Shown here: positions 1 through 10,800 of the stretch, piece by piece
How the letters are laid out: each line of letters starts with the position of its first letter
How positions within the stretch are numbered: position 1 is the first letter of the stretch
NCBI GenBank assembly: GCA_036867785.1
Contig: CP145413.1
Location: forward strand, 1,116,001 to 1,180,000
Reading direction: 5' to 3'
DNA length: 64,000 bases
DNA from: Plasmodiophora brassicae
Taxonomy: Eukaryota
Notes under the pieces: generated by a model
What the model saw: only the letters and a program-made list of their open reading frames with translations
Told to the model about the DNA's origin: nothing
Database searches by the model: none
Translations under genes and position numbers: made by a program

Positions 1-1085
1 CGTGCCTTGCACGTTGCCTGCGCGAACAGCAAACGTGTGGGTTGGAAGTCGCAGATAGCGTTGCCGAAAGATCAGGGCCGGGGGTTGCCGCGCTGTAAGC
101 AACGACATGGGCACGGTGCGCCCCAGCCCATCTCTCCCAGGCGACAATGACGGGGAACACAGACCTGGTGCGAACGCCGGTCCGGAATAGAACGTGGTCA
201 TGTGCGGCCGACCGGGACGGGTACGTCGGGAGCGCGGATTCGACCAGTTCTTCTCCACCCTGACATGGCTCCCGGGGCCGAACACCGACAGGGCTTGCTC
301 CTGAACAACGATCGTTCATTCGGGCAGGGCAATGATTCTTGGTGGCAGACGCAGCAGTACCTCGTTTGTGTTCCGAGGCAGGGATATGACAACGTTATCG
401 CTCATCAGACGCGCACACTCGATAACGTCGTGCACGTCCGGTTGAATCGCCCCGAGATCGTAAACCTGTTGCTGCGCGTAACCTGGTCCAGACCAGGGTG
501 GGCACATGTACACGACGTCGGCACGGCCCTGAGCAGCATCAGCAACAGCGCTCAGCGGGCCGCATGATGCACGCGTTACCTTCAGCTTGGGCGCGACCTT
601 GCGAAAGTCGCCGTGCACGAACGTGATCCTGTCTGCGACGCCATAGATCGACGCGTTCACCCAGGCGGCCGCTAGCTTGTCCCTGTCGTGGTCGATCGCG
701 ATGACGTGGTCAAAGTCGAACGCCAGCGCGATAGCGTTGCCGCCAGCGCCGCAGAACCCCTCGACCGCGACCAGCTTGCTACGAAGCGACCCGCGGGCGC
801 CTTGCACAGCCGAGAAGGTCGTGCGCGCTATGTGCAGAGCAATGGATTCCGGGCACACCGAGTACCACGATTCTACGCAGACCAGCATGTGATCAGTACC
901 AGGTTGGTGAGCAACCCATTACCGGGTTTACGAACCGCGATCGAGGACGACGCCTCGGTCGTACAGGGAGAACAGGTCGTATCGATGAACGTAGTACTTT
1001 GTGACGTCCACGTCGTCGTGCACTCTGCGATTGTGCCAGCTGGTCAGCATCTCGAAACAGCGCATTGGGGAATCACTGGGTACCT
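1..1085 (-). CDS. TGS1: Trimethylguanosine synthase (multi-exon). The 3' frame stays open to the window edge and the 5' start is not resolved.
   Basis: Spliced translation gives KYYVHRYDLFSLYDRGVVLDR/ESWYSVCPE, VEGFCGAGGNAI, IAIDHD, ITFVHGDF, DVVYMCPPWSGPGY and ISLPRN, which are the TGS1 cap hypermethylase motifs in order. Confidence 0.88.
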
Positions 1086-2097
1086 GTGGTCGCTTCGGTC
1101 CCCAGCTGCGTTGCGCCGGCGGTCGCCAACCGGCCGGGAACCTGCCGTGCCGACAGCAACTTTGGATTCGTTCGCCGATGTATCGCGCGCTGTCAGAGGC
1201 AGGCGGTTAGTTAGCATGCTGGGCCTGGGACCGCAGACGGGTACGTCGTACCGCGACGGATCTTGTCGCGTGTGGCGGCGAGCTCGATTTCGTCGCGAGA
1301 GAACAGATTACCCGACCCTACCAGGGACACGCGTCAGCGACAAACAGCAAGAGCGCGTATCGTCAGAGTCGTACTGGCCGCGAGCCTAGCAGCGGCGTTG
1401 TGGTACGAAATCGCCGTCGTCGTTGGGTCGGTCAGGGCGGTCGGTGGCATCGCGTGGAGAGCGTTTCGGATGCGGATGCAGGAGCCCACGATGGCCGTTT
1501 CTGCTGGGTGGGTGCGCGTCAGCGGCCACTGCCCAGGGCGCGCGTAACCGGCCAGCTTACCAGCGTCGATCGCCATCGTCCCCGACAGTGCCGTGTACGA
1601 CGCTGCGACCTGGACGCCCATACCCTTTCTGTAACCAGCCTCCGAACCCGACGGGCACGCGCCACTGTACCTCCGATCGAGGACGGTACCACGCGTAGGC
1701 GAGAATATCTCGACAGGCGATCGAACGTAACGTACCCTTAGGTAGGTTATTCCGGAAACCGATTCGACAATGAATCCCTGCGTTCAGTGGCCACTGCGGT
1801 TGCCGCCGGTGGTCGAACGGAATCGCACCCCGCCCAGCTCGCATCGGCCGACGTCGAACTGGGCAGTAGGCGCCCGTCGGGTCGGTGGCGGCGTGGGCCG
1901 CTCATGTTCCGCGCAGCAAACCCGAACCTGAGTTGGTCGAGGCTAGTGGCTTGGCTGCGGACTGCGGGATCGAACTCCGCCATTGCGCTAAACATAGCGG
2001 CGTCGACGCCGCGGTCACGGAGTTTCGCGTTGGAGGTTGCGGGCGTCACTGGTCAACAGGCACAGGTTGTTGCCTGCCGCCCGGGTGCGCCGAGCGG

Positions 2098-3045
2098 ATG
2101 GGTCTCGTCATGCGCCTGGCGTGCCCGCTGGTGTTCGTCGCGTTCGTCACGGCTGGGGTGGCTTCCGTTGAGCGAAGGACCGGATCACGCGATCGCGATC
2201 GCTCCGTGCCACCGCCGTCGCGAACCGTCTGGACCACGCCGGAGGAACTGCCACCGCGACCGCGAACCGGCTCTACGAGGACGGAGGAAACGCGTCCACG
2301 GGCCATCAATCGCGACCGTTCGTTAATGGCACCGGTGTCGAACGCTGACGAACGCCTATCTGCCTCCGCTGGCACGGAATTGGCGGTACGCGCCACCCCC
2401 TTGTTCTCCTCACCGCCAACGATTGAGCAACCTGGCCGCGACTCTGCTGTTGTTCCCGAGTTGCAGAGTGTGGTAGCGGAAATTCTGGCGCTCGAGAACG
2501 GTTCATCAATGGAGAGCGGTACACCTGGTGCGCGGAGCTTTGCCAGACCGGACGCCGGCGACAATCGTACCGATGGGGATGCGACGACTACATCGGTGCC
2601 AAGTACTCCACCACCAGCAGGCGGCTCACGATCCGATTGGCCTCTCTTCCTGTCGAAACTCGGTGTCGTTGGTCTTCCCATCAGCTGGGCCTCGTATCAA
2701 CTATTCAAGGTGTACAAGGATCGGAATCGTGTCCAGGAACCTAAGGCGCTACTGTCGCTGGATAGTGCTACGCTCGCCGTGCCAGCGACAGCGCTGACCT
2801 TTGCGCTCTGGGCCCATCTTCGAAGCAACCGTCGCGCTCAGGAGGCCAACCAGGTACGACGGAGCGTATCGCCGCCCCACTTGCGGTTGTCGACGAGCGA
2901 GACCAAGGGATCGATGACGTTGATAATTGGGTTTGTGTCCTGTGTGGCACTGTTGCTCATGATATCCGCCGCCGCCTTTGTAATCAGAAGCGCTTCGGTA
3001 CAGAGACGTCGAATGCGTAGCAGCGAAGTCTTCGACGACCCGTGA
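2098..3045 (+). CDS. Predicted signal-peptide protein with a Pro/Thr/Ser-rich region and about 3 C-terminal hydrophobic segments; function unknown
   Basis: ATG 2098 (in ORF 1885..3045) begins MGLVMRLACPLVFVAFVTAGVAS. Later hydrophobic stretches include LGVVGLPISWASY, LAVPATALTFALW and LIIGFVSCVALLLMISAAAFVI. Confidence 0.65.
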   Translation: MGLVMRLACPLVFVAFVTAGVASVERRTGSRDRDRSVPPPSRTVWTTPEELPPRPRTGSTRTEETRPRAINRDRSLMAPVSNADERLSASAGTELAVRATPLFSSPPTIEQPGRDSAVVPELQSVVAEILALENGSSMESGTPGARSFARPDAGDNRTDGDATTTSVPSTPPPAGGSRSDWPLFLSKLGVVGLPISWASYQLFKVYKDRNRVQEPKALLSLDSATLAVPATALTFALWAHLRSNRRAQEANQVRRSVSPPHLRLSTSETKGSMTLIIGFVSCVALLLMISAAAFVIRSASVQRRRMRSSEVFDDP

Positions 3046-3171
3046 CGGGTCCGCTCGTCCACCAGCATTTATATATGTGTCTAATTAACGTAATAAGATA
3101 TTGAACGTCGTACAGCTAACGGACGCGAATGTATGAGACGCAGGGGGTTTCCTGTGGTCCACACAATGACG

Positions 3172-3717
3172 TCAATGGACAGTGTCGTCCGCGATACAGC
3201 CGCTGGCCTTGAAGGGGGACATCAGCCTGGAGAAGAAGGACGATGTCTTTGGCGGCGGCATGGGGCGGCCTGCTGCCTTCAGCAGGTTTGCAATCCGGGT
3301 CGTTTTCTGGTCGATCTCAGTTTGGAGCTGGACAATGTCCAGCCCGACCCGGCGCCCATGCCGCTGTTGGCGGACACGTCGAGCCCGCGCCCTTTCCTGT
3401 TTCAGCGTGTGTTGTCGCTGGATGGCCACTGCCCTTTGCTCCATCAGCCGTGTTGCGTCCACGAACGCTTGCAAATCTTGACGGAGCCTCCCCATCCTGG
3501 CGCGGTCCCCGCCTAGTCTCGCATCGACCGGAGTGGGACCGACCGCTGTCCGCCTCTTCTGGTCCAGCGCCGCAATCTCCGCCTCCAACCTACCCAGATA
3601 TGCATGCTTTGCCTTGGCATCACGCACGACCCGAGCGATGTCAGGCGCACCGTTTCCTTCAACCAGCACGTGCCCCAATGCCACCAGCACGCATGCCGAA
3701 GCCAGCAGCCTCATCAC
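3172..3717 (-). CDS. Small secreted coiled-coil protein (181 aa); effector candidate
   Basis: N-terminal MMRLLASACVLVALGHVLVEG signal-like peptide, heptad-like helices, intronless ORF. Confidence 0.7.
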   Translation of the reverse strand: MMRLLASACVLVALGHVLVEGNGAPDIARVVRDAKAKHAYLGRLEAEIAALDQKRRTAVGPTPVDARLGGDRARMGRLRQDLQAFVDATRLMEQRAVAIQRQHTLKQERARARRVRQQRHGRRVGLDIVQLQTEIDQKTTRIANLLKAAGRPMPPPKTSSFFSRLMSPFKASGCIADDTVH

Positions 3718-3924
3718 GACTGCCTGCTATGGCGGGCGAGCGCACTGGCGCAGTTCCGGACTGTCCGGGCGCAGTTTCGGATCTTGCGCAGCTGCGCTGC
3801 AGTCCTTCTGCCACGGAGCATGGAGGTATGTAGGGAAGCAGTGATGGCTACGCCCTGTCACACGTGCGTAACGCAAAGCGGTCGAGCGGGAAGGATACAC
3901 TGGCCGCGCTTATTTGTCCCAGAC

Positions 3925-4861
3925 ATGGGATTCGGATGGCTGTCGCTGTTGGTGATCGCAGTCGCCGCGCCCCATTTCGCCTCGTCGCGAACCGACCCGG
4001 ACTGGAAAGATGCAGACGAAGTGGACGTCATCTCGCAGATCGTCGCCAGCTACAGAGACGTCCTGGAGAGAATCTCGGCGAGGTCCCACGCCATTTCCGC
4101 AGCCATGGAGACGCTGGATGCGGCGGTGGAACGCGTTGCCGGCAAAGAGGCCATCAAACAGTTGGAATTCCATCATAAGTGCCTTAGGCAGTGCACGCTC
4201 GCGGTGGGACGCGTCCAGAAGGCGGTAGACGATGCCAAGAACGGTGCCGACCTGCGGTCATTCAACTGTGTGATGGACTCCGTTGCCCGGCAGGCCTTGC
4301 AGACCATGGTAGACGCCGATTACAAGAGGCACCAGTATGCGGCGCGAGTCGACGACGCCATGGCAACGATCGCAACGTCAGGCCGTACCGAGGAGCTCAT
4401 GTCGTACGAAGGCAACCTGGCTGCCCTGGTCGATTCGTTCTACGACTTCCAGGGTGATGACCCGGAAGACTTGCCGAAGAGGGACCCAGCCAAGAAGTAC
4501 CCAGGCGAAATCATTATCGACGATGTCGCCGTCCGACGAGCACTGGATCGATGGCGGGAGGCGAATACGTCGGAGACGATCGAGTGCCCAGTCGTCTACG
4601 ACGAATGGTCACTCGTCTTGGTAAACCTGGTTGTGTACGCAGGTGTCGCGTTCAGTCATGCCATTGTGTGCACAGAATGTCGTCCAGCTGATGGAGCACG
4701 AGGTCAATGGGGGCAGGCGGATCGTGGGCGGCGAATCGTTCTTTGGCATCGACGCTGACGACAAGGACGACGACTACGACCAGGAGCTGCACTACGCTGT
4801 GGATGTGAGCACACACCAGCGCCGCGTAACCAGGAACCGGACGTCGTCGCTCGCCTCCTGA
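3925..4861 (+). CDS. Secreted helical protein, 2 exons (intron ~4621-4675); function unknown
   Basis: MGFGWLSLLVIAVAAPHFASS signal-like start. A GTAAAC...CACAG intron joins in frame to NVVQLMEHEV... ending at TGA 4861. Confidence 0.7.
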
Positions 4862-4970
4862 CCAACAACAACGCCAGGCCCGCCGGATCAGTCTGCAGGG
4901 CGTGGTCGAACAGGGACTGCGACATGTATTAACCTACAACTAAATTTACAGGGTAGTAGACAGCGCTGGA

Positions 4971-6019
4971 TTATCCATCCTGCCTGGTTGGTACCTCGTA
5001 CTGGTCGGGCAGCACGTCGATGCTCCAGTCGGTGGACTTCACCCAGGCGTGCAGCCTGGCGATCTGGTCCGGCAGCAGCAGCGCTTGGATACGGGACGTT
5101 TCCCGATGCAGAACCTGGACAAAGTCAACGGCGCAGTCGCGTATCTCCTTCATCATCAGGCTGGCATGCGCCAGGTTCCGTCGCTCCGCCCTCACCGACA
5201 TGCGTCGCGAGCGTAGCGTCTCCATCTGCTCGGGGCTCATCCCTATCTCTGTCTGCAGCAACGACAGCCAGAGACCGGGTCGATCGTAGAACGCATCGGG
5301 CTGGTCCAGGCTCCATAACGCAAACTTGACCTGGCCAAGACGACGATGACAACCAAGAACGAATACGAAAAGGCAGGCGAAAGTACCTGGAGCGGCGGTG
5401 CCAGACAAAGGTCGGCCATGTCGAGGGCATGGAGTACGGCCGATAATCGTTGTCGTGCGGGAGGATCCAGTGACGAGTCGACAGGAACGCCCGGCGACGA
5501 CGACGACGACATTTTTCTTCGAACCTTACGCGGCTCGTCGTTGATGATGGCGGGCGATGACGACGATTCCGGGACCGGCGCCGGCGGCGACTGCGAGGAC
5601 CCAGGGAATTTCGGATATCGTTTCGCCAGCCTCGTCTGCAGTTCTTCGACGGCAGCCTTCAGGTTCGCAACGCTCGCCTCCAGATTGCTGACGTACGTCT
5701 TCTTTCGCAAGCGAGACGCGCGTGCGAGTTCAGCTTTCCTGGCAAGGCGTGCCGCGCCTTTCGATGTCGCATCGACAGGCGGTCGCGGTAGAAGTGCAGG
5801 CGAGGGCTCAGCAGACGTCATCGACGACGGCGCCGTTTCCGGCCATGGTACCGGTTCCGAATACCCGGGCGGGGTATCCGGACCGGATGCCATGACGAAG
5901 AGCGACAGGAGCTCGCCGTCGACATCGCCCTGCGGAAACGAGATGATCGGCGGCGGATATACGCCTTCGTCCGCGAACGACGGTGCAGTCGACGACGTCG
6001 CCGACGGGCGCGCGTCCAT
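4971..6019 (-). CDS. bZIP transcription factor with a helical C-terminal domain (one intron near 5331-5386)
   Basis: Basic region plus zipper RLARKAELARASRLRKKTYVSNLEASVANLKAAVEEL; C-terminal exon KFALWSLDQPDAFY...IGMSPEQMETL. Confidence 0.8.
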
Positions 6020-6684
6020 GATCTCGCCTACCGACGACGACGTCACGCACTGTACGAATCTGCGCGGGCGGGAACTACCCTTCAGTGAGACAGTGCCGCC
6101 AGTGCGCCGACTCTGGACACGTCGCCGGACCGGGATCGTCGCGTGTCGCATGGTGCCCGCAGTCGGTGACCCGCCCCCTCCCCATTGGGCGGTGTGCAAA
6201 ACCACACCGGGGAGGGGGGCGGCGCGAGGGCTGCACAAACGTGTGGACAGTGTCCGCCGTCCTTTGGGCGCCCCTTCCCAGCCACCGTTATAATGAACGC
6301 GTAGGGGACACGTATCTTTGTTTATTCAACAGAGACAGCAGGTGCGACGGCTCGAGCCGGGTGCTAATACATCCCAGACGCTGCTACCGTAACTGGATCA
6401 TGTCCCCATAGCTAGCTGTCCGCAATGCCGCATGCGTCTTGACAGTGGGTGGTCTTGATGAGTTCCCGGAGATCGCACCTGAATCGACTGTTGCCCCGAG
6501 GCTTGCCAGTGGACAGGTGCCGCGGTAGACAGCGCCAACGAGAAGACGACACCCGGCGCTGCAGCCCAAGCTCCACCACAGTCGTCGACTCGTCGATCGG
6601 ACGGAAACAGCGGAGCCAGGTCCCTGACCACGTCGTCGTACATAGTGCTGGCCAAACGGTCTTACATCCCAAACAACAAGCCAA

Positions 6685-7674
6685 TCAGGACATATTCTTT
6701 ATTTCGCGCAGCTTTGCCATGGTTTGGATGTCGTCCCTGTGCAAACGGTTGTCAGTACTCGACCTTGTATCGTTACGTATCGCAGATCGCAAGACGAACG
6801 GCTGTTTGCCAGCAAAGGCGCGAACCGACGCCTGGCCAACACGCATGAACGGGTTGAATGTGCGCTCCTCGTCAATAGTTGACGGGACGGTCAGGTGCCC
6901 GCTGGCAACTTGCTTCATCGCCCATTCCATCTTCTCCCTAACGGCCCCGTTATCGGGCTCGACCCGGCTCGCGAACCGAAGATTCGCGACCGTGTATTCG
7001 TGGCCGCAGTAGATTAACGTGTCCCCAGGCAGCGATGCGATCACCTGCCAGAACCGTCAGATGAAAGGGCCATCAAACCGGCCTAATTCGTTTAACCGAG
7101 TTCAAATTGTGATGCATTTCCTTTGCGGAGCCCTCTACACATTGGCGTCAGTGATAATGTCGAAGTGTCTTGACCGCGCCGTACCAAAGAACCGCCCGCA
7201 TCCGCCGATGAATAGGGTATCGCCGGTAAACAGAGCCCGCTGATCCCCGAGCTGAGCAAAGTACAGGACGTGGCCTCTCGTCTACACAGGCGGTCCTGTT
7301 AGCAGGCACACTCGCACAATACGATAAGTGTCGTATACATGGCAGGGCACGGCCAGAACCGTCACTTCGATGTTTCCGAGTTTGAACACGGCGCGATCCG
7401 TGACTGGTTTCGTGCACGCGGGGACATTGTCGTCGCGCCCCCCAATGATCTCAATGTGCGGCATTCGCTGGGCGAAATACGGGTTGCCGGCCGCGTGATC
7501 GGCGTGCTTGTGCGTCGTCCAGACCTGCGACGGCGCCGACAGGCCCAGGCGCTCGCACTGTCCCATGACCGTCTCCGGCACAGCCGGGTCGACGACCGCG
7601 ACCTGGCCCGACTCGCGGTCCACGACGATATACGAGATGTTGTCCTCCAGCACCGGCACGGCGTGCACCTCCAT
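6685..7674 (-). CDS. GLO2: Hydroxyacylglutathione hydrolase (glyoxalase II), multi-exon
   Basis: Motifs VPVLEDNISYIV, THKHADHAAGN (THxHxDH), VPCH, LFTGDTLFIGGCGRFF, YCGHEYTVANLRFA and PSTIDEERTFNPFMRV. Confidence 0.93.
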
Positions 7675-7889
7675 CCCTCGCAGCTACACTCTGCAGTTCG
7701 GTGTCGCCGAAAAATGTCGGCCGTGATCCGCGGTTCGGTCGACCAAATGGGATTTTGCCGTCCAGCAGCAACGGGCGCAGTGCAACGGCGACGAACTGTC
7801 GGCGGCGGAGTTTTCCGTGACCCGCGGGCATCATCAACAAGTGAGGCGGCACGTAAACACAATCAAAATATCTTGCGAATAGGGAATAA

Positions 7890-10800
7890 TCAGGCATTGC
7901 GAAGGCGTGCGCTTCTCCGCTCAGGCTGGGCGCTGTCCCGAAAGTTGGCGGTCCGCTTGCGACGTGCCGATGCCTTGCCAGTGCTGGCGGCTGCCGGGGC
8001 AGTGGTACGCGGCGGAGGGGTCGATAGTGTCGCGGCTGTGGGTGAACTGGCCGGGGTGGCGTTGTCGGAGTCTCCAGGAGTTTGCTGACGAGCACGGGCG
8101 GCACGCGTTCGTCTTGCGGGCGTCGGCACCACGACAGGTGGTTCGTCAGGAGGAGACTGCCTGGCACGTTTCGCTAACCTTGCAGGCGTTGCTCGTAGTG
8201 CTCTGCGCTCGGTTGTTGGTGGTTCCGCGGACGGCGCCTTCCTTCTACGCGGCGTACGGGCGGCCTCTTCCTTCCCCTCATCATCCATACGTCGCCGAGC
8301 TTCCGATCTGGGGTTCCTTGCTCTAGCACCGGACTTTGCAGCACGTGCGCCGTCTTCAGCTGCCTCACCATCAGCGTCATCTCCAACAGCATTTGTCGTC
8401 GTCTCCTGTCGCATCGTCCCGGCAGCATCCTGATCCGTATCAGCGCGCTCACGTGCCTTAGCCTTGCGAGTTCCGGCCGCCTTCCTGGAAGAATCATCGC
8501 GCTCAGTGCGATCAGCACCCACTGCAGACTGGTCAGCGTCCGTCGCCTGCGCTTTTCGTTGAGATCGAGTCATAAGCGACGGGGACTCGTCCTCGTTGCG
8601 CTTGTCGGTCTCCTCACGTTCGCTGGCTCTAGTTTTACGCGACTTCGCCTTCTTTGTCAGTGGCGTCACGCCAGCAGCGTGATCTTCTTCAGGTGTTCGT
8701 TGAGGAGATGGTGAGCGCGATGGCATACCAGGCTCGATGCGGTCTGCGTCTTCGAATGATACTTTGCGAGAGCCGCTACGATGTGGAGACCGTGAAGCAC
8801 TGTCAATGCGGACGTCACCTGTTTCGTCGATCTCCAACTGTTTGCGACGTGCACGGGTCAATAGTGACGGCGAATCAGCAACAGTTTCTTTGGCAGTAAG
8901 AGGCCTCGTTTGCTTGGTGACGTCAGCACCGTCGTCGAACGCCCCTTGCCGAGCTCGTTGACGTGTCACTCTCTTTGGGCTTAACCCTTCCCTCGAAATA
9001 GCGTCGTCAGGAGACGCTAGCAGACGAGGACGATAGGGTCTCGAGCTTTCCCGTTTGTGTGCTTCGGGCGACGAGGTCGTCACGTCAAGTTCTTCTGGCC
9101 TGCCGGGAGCCTTGTGGCCCGACGGCTCGTCACGATGAGGTACTGCTGTTTCGGCACGGGATAAGCGATCCGATGAACGATACCCTTCAAACCCAGATCC
9201 GATGTTACGCAACGCGCCAACATCTTCGATTTCAGACGGTGAAGGGATAAGCTGGCTCTTGCGGCGGGCGGAAACGTCATCGCTACCAGCGACTGCCTCC
9301 TCTAACTTGTCGCCGACAGGGCTGGAGGCGTCAGATTCATCTTGTCTAAAAGCGACCTCGTCTTCGGAAGGTACGCTTTCATTGTCGAGATGCAGCGATG
9401 TCGACTGTGCGCGAGAGTGTTCCTTCTCAGACGCAACGCTGTCCGGGTAGCGGGACACCTGGTCATCAGACGGAGGAGCAGACAGTTCCGCATCCTGAGA
9501 CGAGGTAGCAGTAGCGACCTCAGTAGTGGCTGTTGTGGCACTTTTGGATGAGAATGCAGCAAGAAACCCGCTGACCACAGACACGCCAATGTTGAAGATA
9601 CTAGATGACTTTGGCTCGCTCGTTTCCTCATGCTCGCTAGATGAGCTGCCGCTGATTCCGTCAACGGCCTCTGCAGGACGCTCGGCCACAGTAGAGGGCC
9701 GTCCAGTCGACGATATTCTTCGATTGTCTCCAACACCATCTGGCAGGTTTTCAGAAACGTCCGCGTCGTTCTTGGTGGAGACCGGTTTTGATGCAGGACC
9801 AAGGGAGGGATGCTGCCCTTGCCCTGGATTAACAGTGAGCTCAAGCAGGTGGCATAATAGCGCACTCGTATTCTCTTACAGTCGAATTCTTCCGCAGCAG
9901 CGTCACTACTTTCGTACTCCATAGACGAGTATTGGGCAGGCTCTTCCCCAGTACAAATGACGTCGGAATCTGAATCACCAGAAGCAACTGGTTCAACATC
10001 GCGCATCTCGACATCCAGCTCCTCATTGATTTCACCTAACACGTACTCAGTATACAACACCGTCTTCGTATAACAGAAGCACATGTTACCACGTTCTTGA
10101 GCTACGACATCATACACAGTATCTGCCCGAGTCTCCTGTTGCAGTAATAGCGTCAGCGTAGAACCACCGACAGGTGTGCATAACCGAACCTTAAGAACGG
10201 GGTATAACGGCTCAGCGTCAGCTGCGGTTGGCGGTTTGGGGAACGGTTCGCATGGAAGTTTCGGCAAGTTTGGAGGTCTAACAGATACGGACCCACATTT
10301 CAGTTGATATTTAGACAGCAAATCGACGACTAACATCTCCAGTGGAAATTGAAATCCACCTGGACGCGTTGGGCGGAGAGACTCCCAGTGCTCCACGAAC
10401 GTAATGGATGAGACGAACGGGTCATGAACTTGGTGCGCGGTGTCAGTACGAGACCGGCCGTTCTGAGTAAATATACCATCAGAGAATGTAAGACGAGCGT
10501 GGTAGTAACGATACCTTGATAGCGCCACAAGTGTCAGTATTAGGCGCGCTTACGCTCTTTCGAAAGAAAGGATGGAGTGCGCTCTGGAAAGATCGAAGAA
10601 TTTGCTCGACCGGCCGGTCTTTTTCGGAAAGCTGTTCGTAGGAAGACACAGCTTCGGCGAACTTCGACTGCCAGAGTTTGTACAGAACAGACTGACCAGG
10701 TGCTTGCTGCTCAAGGAAAAGACCAAGCTGTGCCATTTCCGCCACATTAAACGGAATCGAAAACAACGTTTTGATGTCGTTCGCTTCGATAAACCATTCG

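Noticed and set aside
1100-2050. Possible extra minus-strand exons or a small gene upstream of TGS1
   Set aside because: Several short ORFs exist, but no coherent spliced model or recognisable domain could be built.
10090-10528. SEP/UBX-like appearance of ORF 9302..10528 inside the ELYS-like gene
   Set aside because: The SEP-like start (LTFSDGIF) falls in a probable intron, and the ubiquitin-like stretch is short. Too weak to call without a profile search.
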